DNA of 64,000 bases, taken from positions 9,122 to 73,121 of the forward strand of contig CANQQB010000002.1 of assembly GCA_947625845.1 (NCBI GenBank). Direction: 5' to 3'. The notes beneath the pieces are model-generated. The model worked only from the letters and a program-made list of their open reading frames with translations, made no database searches and was not told where the DNA came from. The position numbers were made by a program, and so were the translations under genes. Source of the DNA: an uncultured Oscillospiraceae bacterium (lineage in GTDB: Bacteria > Bacillota > Clostridia > Oscillospirales > Oscillospiraceae). Shown piece by piece: positions 1 through 7,859 of this stretch. Positions within the stretch are counted from its first letter, which is position 1, and each line of letters opens with the position of its first letter.

Positions 1-338
1 TCCCCGAGCCCTCCGTGGGCGGCGGCGGGACACTGTGGGGCGAGGCACAGCCCAGCGAGGAACCCTCCCCCAGCCCGGAGGTCACCGAGGAACCGCCTCC
101 CGAGATGGAGGAACCGGAGGAGGCGCCGCCCGAGGTCATTCTGCCGGAGCAGCCGGTGGTCACGGACGTACCGGCGATCACGGACCCGCCCGTGATAACG
201 GACCCGCCGGTGGTCACGGAAGTGCCAGCGGCGCCGGAGCAGCCGACCGTCACGGACGTGCCCACGGTACCGGACTGGCCGACGGTCACGGACCCGCCCG
301 CTGCGCCGGACCAGCCGGACGCGCCTCTGCTGCCGTGA
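1..338 (+). CDS. 3' end of a Pro/Thr/Glu-rich secreted or cell-surface protein (partial; start lies outside the window)
   Basis: The frame is open from the window edge to TGA 336-338. The translation is degenerate PxVT(D/E)xP repeats (PVVTDVPAITDPPVITDPPVVTEVP). The overlapping ORFs 35..448(+) and 286..567(-) are Gly/Arg-rich shadow frames. A strong terminator follows. Confidence 0.5.
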   Translation, partial: PEPSVGGGGTLWGEAQPSEEPSPSPEVTEEPPPEMEEPEEAPPEVILPEQPVVTDVPAITDPPVITDPPVVTEVPAAPEQPTVTDVPTVPDWPTVTDPPAAPDQPDAPLLP

Positions 339-366
339 CCGGCCCATACAAAGACAAACCGCAAAC

Positions 367-415
367 ACCGCTTTCCTTCCCGGCTTTCTGGGGAAGGAAA
401 GCGGTATTATTTCCG
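367..415 (+). terminator. Rho-independent terminator
   Basis: ACCGCTTTCCTTCC (367-380) pairs perfectly with GGAAGGAAAGCGGT (392-405). ATTATTTCC follows. Confidence 0.6.
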
Positions 416-439
416 ATAAAAATTTTTTCTGTTACCAGG

Positions 440-468
440 TTGACATAGAAGATACAATATGTTACAAT
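440..468 (+). promoter_or_regulatory. Sigma-A type promoter
   Basis: TTGACA (440-445), 17-nt spacer, TACAAT (463-468). It lies about 30 nt upstream of the next start codon. Confidence 0.5.
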
Positions 469-499
469 CGGGTTACAAATCCTCATGGAGGTAAATGCA

Positions 500-793
500 A
501 TGGCCGACAAGAAGACCGCCGCCCTGCAATACAAGGGCCATCCCCTGCGCCGGAAGGACAATCTCATCTACTTCGGCAGCATGGCGGAAAAGTACATCAT
601 CATGCTCCAGATCCTGGACACCAAGAAGGTGAAGGACCTGGACGTTGCCACAAAGGTATCCGTGCAGTTACAGCTGACGGACCCGGACCTGAAGAGCCGG
701 GACCGGGTGGTGAAGAAGAGCGAGAAGGACAGCCTGTATGCGGCCATGGACGTGGCCAGCGTGTGGCTGGACCGGGCTCTCAGCACGCGGTAA
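500..793 (+). CDS. Small Lys-rich hypothetical protein (97 aa)
   Basis: GGAGG at 487-491 with ATG at 500. The track start at 485 sits too close to the SD. I recognise no domain. The TAA stop at 791-793 abuts the ATG of the next gene at 795, so the two are probably co-transcribed. Confidence 0.55.
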   Translation: MADKKTAALQYKGHPLRRKDNLIYFGSMAEKYIIMLQILDTKKVKDLDVATKVSVQLQLTDPDLKSRDRVVKKSEKDSLYAAMDVASVWLDRALSTR

Positions 794-794
794 G

Positions 795-2162
795 ATGAAA
801 AAGAGCGTTTCTGTCCCGGCCATATCGCGCGCGGTCGTGGTGCTGGTCATTCTGCTGTGCCTGCTTGCCGCCATCGGCGCTTCAGGCGCGTATGCGGACA
901 GCGGGGCCGGTACGGTGACCGCCTCGGCGCTGAACATGCGCGCCGAGCCCAACACGGCAAGCGCCGTGGTGACGTGCGTGCCGCGGGGCACGGTGGTGCT
1001 GGTGCTCAGCTCCGCCGACGGCTGGTATAAGGTCCAGTATCAGGACCGGACCGGCTATATGAGCGGGGAGTATATCTCCTTCTCGTCCGACGCGGACGGG
1101 GCCTTCGGTACCGGCAGCGTGACGGGCAGCGCCGTGAACGTGCGCTCCGGGCCGGGCACGGGCTACGCCGTGCTGGGCAGCGTGAACCAGGGTCAGAGCT
1201 TCTCCGTCACCGGCGTGTCCGGTGGCTGGTATAAGATCGATTATAACGGCGCCACGGGCTATATCTCCGGCGATTATCTCTCCCTGGGCGGCGACAGTAT
1301 GACGGCCGCTCCCGCGCCGGCCGCGCCTCAGACGGCGGCGGAGCAGGGCACGGGCGTCATCACCGGCAATTACGTGCGCATGCGCTCCGGCCCCTCCACG
1401 GGCTACGCCGTGCTGGGTACATATAACACCGGCGCCAAAATGACCATCACCGGCCAGTCCGGGGACTGGTATGCCGTCAGCTGTGACGGCAAGATGGGGT
1501 ATGTGTACAAGCAGTACCTGTCCCAGTCCGGCGTCACCGCCAATGTGACGGCCATGGACGCCACCCAGGCCCGGACCACCGCCGGGGTGAACCTGCGGGA
1601 GGGTCCCTCCACGGCCTACACCAGCAAACAGGTGCTCCCCGCTTGGACAGCCGTCACCATGACCGGCAGGTCCGGCCAGTGGTACCAGGTGTCCTACGGC
1701 GGCGTCAGCGGCTTCATCTACGGGGACTACGTGACCACCGATACGGCGGTCGCGGCGTCGTCGTCCAACGTCACCGCCATCTCCGCCGAGGCGGGACAGC
1801 GGCTGGCGGACGAGGCGAAGAAGTACCTGGGCGTGCGGTATGTCTACGGCGGGACAAGCCCCTCCGGCTTTGACTGCTCCGGATTCGTGTACTACGTGTA
1901 CCGCCAGTGCGGCTACTCCATCACCCGCACCGCCACCGCCCAAAACTCCGTAGGCGCCAAGGTGGACCGGTCCGACATGCAGCCCGGCGACATCATCATC
2001 TTCCTGAACGGCGCTCGCACCGCCATCGGCCACGCGGGGATGTACATCGGCGACGGCCAGTTCATCCACGCCTCCTCCGGCGGCGGAAAGGTCATGATCT
2101 CCAGCCTGTCCGAGAGCTATTATAATACAAGGTTCTACAGCGCAAGACGGGTCGTGAAGTGA
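795..2162 (+). CDS. Secreted cell-wall hydrolase: four SH3b repeats plus a C-terminal NlpC/P60 endopeptidase domain
   Basis: Signal peptide MKKSVSVPAISRAVVVLVILLCLLAAIGASGAYA. There are four repeats of the SH3b pattern (VTAS.LNVR.GP.T.Y.V.G...GWYK..Y.G..GY.SG.Y). The NlpC/P60 core is YVYGGTSPSGFDCSGFVYYVY ... GHAGMYIGDGQFIHASS. The track start at 738 is an upstream extension with no SD. Confidence 0.9.
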   Translation: MKKSVSVPAISRAVVVLVILLCLLAAIGASGAYADSGAGTVTASALNMRAEPNTASAVVTCVPRGTVVLVLSSADGWYKVQYQDRTGYMSGEYISFSSDADGAFGTGSVTGSAVNVRSGPGTGYAVLGSVNQGQSFSVTGVSGGWYKIDYNGATGYISGDYLSLGGDSMTAAPAPAAPQTAAEQGTGVITGNYVRMRSGPSTGYAVLGTYNTGAKMTITGQSGDWYAVSCDGKMGYVYKQYLSQSGVTANVTAMDATQARTTAGVNLREGPSTAYTSKQVLPAWTAVTMTGRSGQWYQVSYGGVSGFIYGDYVTTDTAVAASSSNVTAISAEAGQRLADEAKKYLGVRYVYGGTSPSGFDCSGFVYYVYRQCGYSITRTATAQNSVGAKVDRSDMQPGDIIIFLNGARTAIGHAGMYIGDGQFIHASSGGGKVMISSLSESYYNTRFYSARRVVK

Positions 2163-2186
2163 ATAAGAAGTGAATATAAAGAAGGA

Positions 2187-2450
2187 TGCACAAATGAAGT
2201 GCCCCCAAAAGTTAGACGAAAAAAGGAACTAAGCGATCTGAAGGGTCTGGTATCTGTGTTGAGCAGGTGTCATGCCCTTTAATTTTGCCTTGATCCTGCG
2301 ATTATTGTAGTAGTCGAGATAGTCGATAAGTTCAACCTTGAAATGTTCCATAGAATCGAAGTCCTGCAGATAGAGTAGCTCTGACTTGAGCAAACCAAAG
2401 AAATTTTCATTACTGCGTTGTCCAAGTAGTTTCCTTTCCGGCTCATGCTC
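2187..2450 (-). pseudogene. IS3-family transposase 3' fragment with terminal inverted repeat (remnant)
   Basis: The translation ...NENFFGLLKSELLYLQDFDSMEHFKVELIDYLDYYNNRRIKAKLKGMTPAQHRYQTLQIA is the C-terminal tail of an IS3 OrfB (rve) protein. The N-terminal three-quarters is absent. The same end sequence (TTTTTTCGTCTAACTTTTGG) recurs at 50866-50885. Confidence 0.7.
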
Positions 2451-2454
2451 TACT

Positions 2455-2745
2455 TTAGGCGTCCTCTGACGGCATCGCATAAAACTCCCGAATACGCTTT
2501 TGCCCATTGAAGTTATCGATGGATCGAAGGTTCGGGTTCAGTTTGTCGATGATGGCGTGGATCTTTGTGTCGGACAGCTGTGAACCCACCTCATAGGTGG
2601 TATATACACGGAAAGCAAACGGAATACACTCGCTGCGGTTGAGTTGCTGCAGCCGCCGACCGATGTCATCCGCATACCCGATCTTTACACAGTCCGGGAA
2701 AGAGGGATTGGTGAGAATGTAGATCACACCGCTTTTCTCGCTCAT
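2455..2745 (-). pseudogene. GIY-YIG / T5orf172-type nuclease domain protein, probably 3'-truncated by the adjacent IS remnant
   Basis: The N-terminus MSEKSGVIYILTNPSFPDCVKIGYADDIGRRLQQLNRSE...FRVY matches the GIY...YIG-like pattern (VIYILTN / KIGYA). The ORF ends exactly where IS3 homology begins. From memory, proteins of this type are usually longer. Confidence 0.5.
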
Positions 2746-2809
2746 GTTTGACCTCCCTATCCATATAGCGACACGAGGGTGTTGTCCGTCATGCCCCGGA
2801 TAACTCCTG

Positions 2810-3085
2810 TCATTTTGTTTCCTCCTCCAACATCTGCACCAGCGTCTTTTTCAACCGCTTGTTCATGGGGGATTTGGGGTCGAAGCACATCTCGATGAAC
2901 TCATTCATCTCCGGGTGCAGCTTGCCCAGGTCCGGCTCGTTGGAATACACCTTGCCTCGTGGATCGTCCGTGCGGCCATAGAGATAGTCCAGAGATACAT
3001 CGAAGTAGTCGGCATAGCGGAGTAGCACCTTGGCGGAGGGCTCACACTGGTTATTCTCATAACGGTTGACGCCGGACTGCCACCC
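2810..3085 (-). pseudogene. XRE-family HTH regulator remnant (5'-truncated)
   Basis: The frame is open only from 3085. It reads GWQSGVNRYENNQCEPSAKVLLRYADYFDVSLDYLYGRTD..., which is helix 3 of an HTH_3 domain onward. The preceding helices and any start codon are missing, and an in-frame TGA sits at 3086-3088. Confidence 0.55.
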
Positions 3086-3136
3086 TCATCTTGCCAGGCT
3101 CTGTTTAATCATGCTATACTGATAAAGGAAAGGGCG

Positions 3137-4051
3137 GTGAGCGGTTTGTATAATCCCCAGCTGGAGACCTTCGTTCGGGTAGCGGACGCGGGCAGCTTCA
3201 ACAAGGCGGCGGACGACGCCTTCATCACGCCCACGGCAGTCATCAAGCAGATCAATCTGCTGGAATCGGAGCTGGACCTGAAGCTCTTTGTCCGCAGCCA
3301 CCGGGGGCTCACGCTCACCAAGGCCGGCGAATCCCTCTACCGGGACGCAAAGTACATGATGGACTACTCCCGTCGGGCCATCGCCCGCGCCCACGCCGCC
3401 ATGCAGGAGGAGTACGGCGTGGTGCGCATCGGCACCTCCCCCATGACCCCGGCCCAGCTGCTCACCGACCTGTGGCCCCAGATCCACGAGCGGTGCGGGG
3501 ACGTGAGCTTTCAGCTGGTCCCCTTCGAGAACACCCCGGAGAACGCCCGCGAGATCCTGCGAAACCTTGGTGAGAACATCGACGTGGTGACGGGCATCTT
3601 TGACGAGACACTGCTGGCCCTGCGCCAATGCGCAGGCTTTGAAATATCCCGCGAGCCCATCTGCTGCGCCGTGAGCATCTATCACCCCCTGGCGGCCAAG
3701 GAGGTCTTGACGCCGGAGGACCTGGCCGGACAAGAATTACTGCTGATCCACCGGGGATGGAGCAGGTACATGGACGAGCTGCGGGACGACCTTACGCAGA
3801 ATCACCCGGACGTGCAGATCGCGGATTTTGATTTCTACGATATGAGCATCTTCAACCGCTGCGAGCAGAGCCGGAACGTGTTGACGGTGATCGGCAAGTG
3901 GTCATGCGTCCATCCCATGCTGAAGGTGCTGCCGGTAGCGTGGGACCACGCCATCCCCTTTGGCATACTCCACCCGCCTGAGCCGTCACCTATGCTGGCC
4001 CGGTTCCTAGACGCGGTCCGGGCCGTGGTGCAGGAAAACGGCCAGTTATAA
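3137..4051 (+). CDS. LysR-family transcriptional regulator
   Basis: N-terminal wHTH LETFVRVADAGSFNKAADDAFITPTAVIKQINLLESELDLKLFVRSHRGLTLTKAGESLY. Length 304 aa with a LysR substrate-binding-type C-terminus. GTG start preceded by AAGGAAAGGG. Confidence 0.9.
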   Translation: MSGLYNPQLETFVRVADAGSFNKAADDAFITPTAVIKQINLLESELDLKLFVRSHRGLTLTKAGESLYRDAKYMMDYSRRAIARAHAAMQEEYGVVRIGTSPMTPAQLLTDLWPQIHERCGDVSFQLVPFENTPENAREILRNLGENIDVVTGIFDETLLALRQCAGFEISREPICCAVSIYHPLAAKEVLTPEDLAGQELLLIHRGWSRYMDELRDDLTQNHPDVQIADFDFYDMSIFNRCEQSRNVLTVIGKWSCVHPMLKVLPVAWDHAIPFGILHPPEPSPMLARFLDAVRAVVQENGQL

Positions 4052-4100
4052 CCTTATGTTTCTTGTTGGAACGACAGATCGAAGTTTGTGGAGGGGAGTT

Positions 4101-4637
4101 ATGAGGTGCGAAGATATAAAGAAAGAAATGCCACACTACGATGCTGTTAGAAAGTTGCAGATGACGGCATTCCCTCCAGAGGAAAGTTTTTCAATGGAGG
4201 AGATTCTGAGGTTATCAGAATCAGATCATATAGAATATAAATCTTTTTGGGAAGGAGAACAGCTTTGTGGGCTCCTCTTTTATAATGTCGGGGAAACGAT
4301 GCTCTATTTGTTTTATTTTTCCGTACCCGCCAGAGTGCGTTCTAAAGGGTATGGGGCTCAGCTGATTCAATGGTTGATAAAGATGTATTCCGATAAAACT
4401 GTTGTTGGAAATATTGAACCGACAGGTTTCAATGCTGAAAATGAGGACCAGCGTATCCGCCGGCTTGCATTTTATGAACGGAACGGGTTCCATAAGGAAC
4501 CGTTCAGATTGATCGATGACAGCGGGCTTTATGATGTTATCTCAACAGGACCTGTTTTTGATGAGAAGGAATTTATGCAGTTGATCGATGAATTGGGATT
4601 TGGATCATATAATCCGTCGCTCCAGTCAGTAAGATAA
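4101..4637 (+). CDS. GNAT-family N-acetyltransferase, in a visibly AT-richer segment
   Basis: Acetyl-CoA-binding type motif RVRSKGYGAQLIQWLIK, and RLAFYERNGF near the C-terminus. GGAGGGGAG SD upstream of ATG 4101 (the track start 4056 lacks an SD). Base composition differs clearly from the flanks. Confidence 0.75.
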   Translation: MRCEDIKKEMPHYDAVRKLQMTAFPPEESFSMEEILRLSESDHIEYKSFWEGEQLCGLLFYNVGETMLYLFYFSVPARVRSKGYGAQLIQWLIKMYSDKTVVGNIEPTGFNAENEDQRIRRLAFYERNGFHKEPFRLIDDSGLYDVISTGPVFDEKEFMQLIDELGFGSYNPSLQSVR

Positions 4638-4913
4638 CTTCCCGTTTATCGGGCTGAAAAACAGGTTGCGGCAAATGAAATACAAATGATCATAGCTGCG
4701 ATAAGGCATGCGCCTCTCGTCAGTTATAACCTTTGGGTTTATACTTATGAACTGATCGGGACTTCTCAAGAGGTCCCGGTCTTTTTATAATATGACCATG
4801 GGATATACTCAAATGGGAGGGCGCGATGAAAAGAGCTGGTTTGGCAGCCGTGTTGCTTATACTATTCCCTGTTAAAAAATTTTAATACTTTGATAAGCTG
4901 TGGTATAATATAA

Positions 4914-5243
4914 ATGGGTGATGAAAATGGCAGCCAAGCGTACTTTAACATGACGCAAGAATGCGGCATAACGCCATCCATGTCAAGGCGCGGGAATTGC
5001 TACGACAACGCCATGGCTGAAAACTTTTTCTCCATCCTCAAGACGGAGTGCATTTACAGGCACAAGCCCAAAACTTTCCGGGAGGCCAATGAACTCATTG
5101 ACAACTTCATTCACTTCTACAACCATGAGCGCATCCAGTTAAAGACCGGAGTGGCGCCGCTCACGCTTCGCCACTCCGCTTAAATCCTTTTTCCTACGCA
5201 GGGAGCTCTTCTTTTCCCTGTCCACTTTTCCTGGGGCAGTACA
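4914..5243 (+). pseudogene. Second IS3-family transposase 3' fragment plus right end (remnant, different IS from 2187..2450)
   Basis: QECGITPSMSRRGNCYDNAMAENFFSILKTECIYRHKPKTFREANELIDNFIHFYNHERIQLKTG is the end of an rve integrase core. Nothing upstream is homologous. The sequence ends ...CCTGGGGCAGTACA (an IS3-type ...CA terminus). Confidence 0.75.
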
Positions 5244-5270
5244 TTTTTATATGGATAATTCATTTAAAAA

Positions 5271-5526
5271 AGCCTCCCCTGTGCAAGGGGAGGGGGACCG
5301 CGCGAAGTGCGGTGGAAGGGTTGTCGACAACCCTCCAGTCTCGTCGGAGCACGCTCGGCTAGGCCGGGATTCGCCGCAAGCAGCAAATCCCGGATAGCCA
5401 GCGGCTCCTCCTCTCCCCACGCGACAAGCGTGCCGCGTGGGGGCCCCAATAGGCGCGTGACAGCCCCCCTTACACAGGGGGGCCGTCGATATTGTGCGCC
5501 GGCGGCGTGATTTAAATATCTCCCCT
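5271..5526. repeat. Extragenic multi-hairpin repeat, locus A (TGTGCAA-loop arm + M4 core + arm)
   Basis: Left arm GCCTCCCCTGTGCAAGGGGAGG...GGAAGGGTTGT. 107-nt core 5341-5447, shared with 15029-15136 and 41059-41166. Right arm GTGACAGCCCCCCTTACACAGGGGGGCCGTCGATA. It ends at GATTTAAATATCTCC. Confidence 0.85.
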
Positions 5527-5551
5527 TTTTCGTCAAGCGCATATTTTTTGC

Positions 5552-5580
5552 TTGCGTTACATTGAACAATGCGATACAAT
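5552..5580 (+). promoter_or_regulatory. Sigma-A type promoter of LRR gene 1
   Basis: TTGCGT (5552-5557), 17-nt spacer, TACAAT (5575-5580). The arrangement is paralogous to 63021-63049. Confidence 0.55.
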
Positions 5581-5586
5581 AGGGAT

Positions 5587-5874
5587 ACGAGGTAAACAAA
5601 AGGCAGGACGTGAGGCGGTACCAACACCCCACGCCCCTATGCAGGAGCTAGCCCTCCCACACAGCAGAATTACTGCGCCGGACCCATTATAACCGTTGCC
5701 CCCCTTTTTTACAAGGACGGCTTGCGGCTGACGATGGGGCCAGTGTTGTCGTTCCACGGTGTAGGGAAGTTTCCCTGCACCGTCTTTTGTTTATCCCGGC
5801 GGAAGGGCTGCGGGCGGTCACTCGCCCCGGCCCAACTGTCGGGAAACAACTTAAGAAAGGAACGGTATAGCACT
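5587..5874 (+). promoter_or_regulatory. Long conserved 5' leader (candidate attenuator / cis-regulatory RNA) of LRR gene 1
   Basis: It aligns along its whole length with 63056-63364 (blocks GCCCCTATGCAGGAG, CTCCCACACAGCAG, GGTGTAGGGAA, TTAAGAAAGGAA). It contains an internal terminator. Confidence 0.55.
5756..5793 (+). terminator. Intrinsic terminator inside the leader
   Basis: ACGGTGTAGGGA (5756-5767) pairs with TCCCTGCACCGT (5772-5783). That is 12 bp with one G-U and a 4-nt loop. CTTTTGTTTA (5784-5793) follows. Confidence 0.6.
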
Positions 5875-7713
5875 ATGGCAAAGCGCGGTTTGTGTTTGCT
5901 CCTGGCGCTGGTGACGGTGTTCTCCCTCACCGCCCCAGCGTTCGCGGAGGAAGAACCGGTCACGGCGGAAGAACCCGTCGTGACGGAGGAACCGGAGGCC
6001 GAACCGGAGACGGCGGCGGAATACGGTGACTTCGGCAACGGCGTATTCTATCATCTGATGGACGACGGTGTTCTCACCGTCTCAGGCAGTGGCGCGATCC
6101 CAGAGGATGCGTTTCATTACCGGGACGACGTCAAAACAGTTGTCATAGAAAAGGGCGTGACCAGTATCGTGGACTATGCGTTTCTCGGCTGCACGTCGCT
6201 GACCAGTGTGACGATCCCGGACAGCGTGACTGACATCGGAGAGTGGGCGTTTTATGACTGTTCCGGTCTACAGGAAATCCAGGTCACGACAGGTAATAGC
6301 AATTACTCCTCTGTGGGAGGGGTGCTGTTCAATGCGGCTGGAACGGAGGTCGTTTGCTTTCCGAAAGGCTTTTCCGGCGTGTACACCATTCCTGACGGCG
6401 TGGCCAGCATCGGGGCGGGTGCGTTTTGGGGTTGCACGGCCCTGACCAGCGTGACGATCCCGAACGGCGTGACCAGCATCGGGGAAGCCGCGTTTTCAAG
6501 CTGCGGGGCGCTAACCAGCATAACGCTCCCGAACAGCGTGACCAGCATCGGGGATTATGCGTTTGACAGCTGCTATTCGCTGGCCAGCGTGACGATCCCG
6601 GGCAGTGTTACCGCCATGGGAGATTATACGTTCAGTTCCTGTACGTCATTGACTGACGTGACGCTCCAGAACGGCGTGACAAGCATTGGAGATTGGGCAT
6701 TTGAGTATTGCCGCTCGCTAACGAACCTAACGATCCCGAACAGTGTGACGAGCATCGGGATCGGGGCATTTTACAACTGTTTGCTGACAGACATAACGAT
6801 CCCAGACAGCGTGACCAGCATCGGTATCCAAGCGTTTCTTAACAGCGGTTTGACGAGTGTTACGATTCCGGCCAGCGTGACCAACATCGGGGGCCAAGCG
6901 TTTCTTGGCATGCTTCTGACAAGTGTGACGGTTCTGAATCCCAACTGTACTATTGGCGATTATTGGGGAAATGGTACGTCGCTGGGCGTCCCCGAACAGA
7001 CCGTTGTCCATGGCTATGCCGGGTCTACTGCGGAAGCGTATGCCAAACAGTGGGGCTATAAATTTGAAGCGCTTGCGCCTGTGCCCACGCCCACCCCCAC
7101 TCCCACGCCTACTCCTACGCCAACGCCTACGCCGGTGCCGACGGCCACGCCGGTGCCCAAGCTGGCGACGCCGAAGATCACCAAGATGGAGAATACCGCC
7201 AGCGGCCTGAAGGTGACCTGGGGCAAGGTGTCCGGCGCGGAGCGGTACATGGTCTTCTTCAAGGTCAAGGGAGCCAAGAGCTGGACCAAGATCGGCACGA
7301 CGACCGCCACCAGCTACACCCGCGCCGCCTCCAAGCTGAAAAACGGCACCACCTATATCTTCACCATCCGCTGCGTGAAAAATGACAAGAAGACCTACAA
7401 CAGCGACTATGACAAGGCCGGCGCGAGCCTGACCTTCTACGCCGCGCCGACGGTGAAGATCGCGAAGGTGGCCGGGGGAATCAAGGTGACGTGGAATAAG
7501 ATCACTGGCTCGCCGCGGTATATGGTGTACTACAAAGAAAACAATGGCGGGTGGAAGAAAATAGGGACCACCACCGCGACGAGCTACACCAGAGCGGCGA
7601 AGTACCTCAAGAACAATGTGACGTATACGTTTACGGTACGGTGCTGTGAGAACGATAAGAAAACGCTGCTGGGACCGTACAAGGCGAGCAATAGTTTGAA
7701 GTATACGAAATAA
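5875..7713 (+). CDS. BspA-like leucine-rich-repeat surface protein with a Pro-Thr linker and two C-terminal Fn3-like modules
   Basis: Signal peptide [24 protein letters not shown]. An acidic EEPVT spacer follows. There are about 11 repeats of the type IP..VTSIG..AF..C..LTSVT. The PTPTPTPT linker is at 7088-7158. Two ~85-aa repeats follow (K(I/V)...GG/SGLKVTW.K..G..RYMV(F/Y)(F/Y)K......[23 protein letters not shown](I/V)RC). The track start 5722 is an upstream extension. Confidence 0.85.
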   Translation: MAKRGLCLLLALVTVFSLTAPAFAEEEPVTAEEPVVTEEPEAEPETAAEYGDFGNGVFYHLMDDGVLTVSGSGAIPEDAFHYRDDVKTVVIEKGVTSIVDYAFLGCTSLTSVTIPDSVTDIGEWAFYDCSGLQEIQVTTGNSNYSSVGGVLFNAAGTEVVCFPKGFSGVYTIPDGVASIGAGAFWGCTALTSVTIPNGVTSIGEAAFSSCGALTSITLPNSVTSIGDYAFDSCYSLASVTIPGSVTAMGDYTFSSCTSLTDVTLQNGVTSIGDWAFEYCRSLTNLTIPNSVTSIGIGAFYNCLLTDITIPDSVTSIGIQAFLNSGLTSVTIPASVTNIGGQAFLGMLLTSVTVLNPNCTIGDYWGNGTSLGVPEQTVVHGYAGSTAEAYAKQWGYKFEALAPVPTPTPTPTPTPTPTPTPVPTATPVPKLATPKITKMENTASGLKVTWGKVSGAERYMVFFKVKGAKSWTKIGTTTATSYTRAASKLKNGTTYIFTIRCVKNDKKTYNSDYDKAGASLTFYAAPTVKIAKVAGGIKVTWNKITGSPRYMVYYKENNGGWKKIGTTTATSYTRAAKYLKNNVTYTFTVRCCENDKKTLLGPYKASNSLKYTK

Positions 7714-7728
7714 AATTTATGGGCGCGT

Positions 7729-7822
7729 CGAAAGACGCGCCCATCATTATCGAAAGCCTCCCTCTGACGAGGGAGGTGGCGCGGCTTCGCCGCGTCGGAG
7801 GGAGAGACAAATTTCAAACTTC
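7729..7822. repeat. Extragenic repeat, locus D (stem-loop GGGCGCGTCGAAAGACGCGCCC plus one TGAC-loop arm)
   Basis: The hairpin at 7731-7752 is identical, in inverse orientation, to 51970-51991. The arm CCTCCCTCTGACGAGGGAGGTGGCGCGGCTTCGCCGCGTCGGAGGGAGAGA matches the right arms at 39240, 41282 and 55405. Confidence 0.8.
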
Positions 7823-7824
7823 CT

Positions 7825-7853
7825 ATGACATTTCCACAGACCTGTTGTATAAT
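7825..7853 (+). promoter_or_regulatory. Candidate promoter placed for a leaderless addB mRNA
   Basis: ATGACA (7825-7830), 17-nt spacer, TATAAT (7848-7853). The addB ATG at 7860 lies 6 nt after the -10 box and no SD is present. Confidence 0.4.
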
Positions 7854-7859
7854 GGACCC

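Noticed and set aside
882-2069. 395-aa minus-strand ORF antisense to the SH3/NlpC-P60 gene
   Set aside because: Its Gly/Arg/His/Ala-rich, low-complexity translation is typical of a GC-rich shadow frame. The opposite strand has clear domain content.
2187-5243. An intact defence or toxin-antitoxin system around the GIY-YIG and XRE ORFs
   Set aside because: Both ORFs are truncated (no start, or cut at an IS junction) and no partner genes are present. I treated the region as a decayed remnant.
5247-5757. ORFs inside repeat loci (5247..5627-, 5264..5632-, 5307..5510+; likewise 14965..15552, 38726..39412, 40822..41447, 55240..55437, 62826..63029)
   Set aside because: They are read entirely from the palindromic repeat modules. 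The same peptide-like strings (PLTRGLSALRADWG, APSDEGGA, LCKGGC) appear in several frames and orientations, and none has an SD or a start-codon context.
5587-5874. c-di-GMP (GEMM-I/II) or another known riboswitch in the LRR leaders
   Set aside because: I could not find the conserved cores I remember (e.g. GGCAAA...GACGCAAAGCC for class I, or ...GCAACCGACC for class II). I left it as an orphan leader, pending a proper cmscan.
5709-6038. Ser/Gly-rich minus-strand ORFs 5709..6038 and 63343..63711
   Set aside because: They are antisense images of the acidic EEPV spacer regions of the two LRR genes. The + strand has a signal peptide, an SD and LRR repeats.
7088-7158. The Pro-Thr linker as a slipped-strand phase-variation tract
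   Set aside because: The codons vary (CCC ACG / CCC ACC / CCT ACT / CCA ACG ...), so the DNA is not a perfect microsatellite. It is more likely just a flexible linker.
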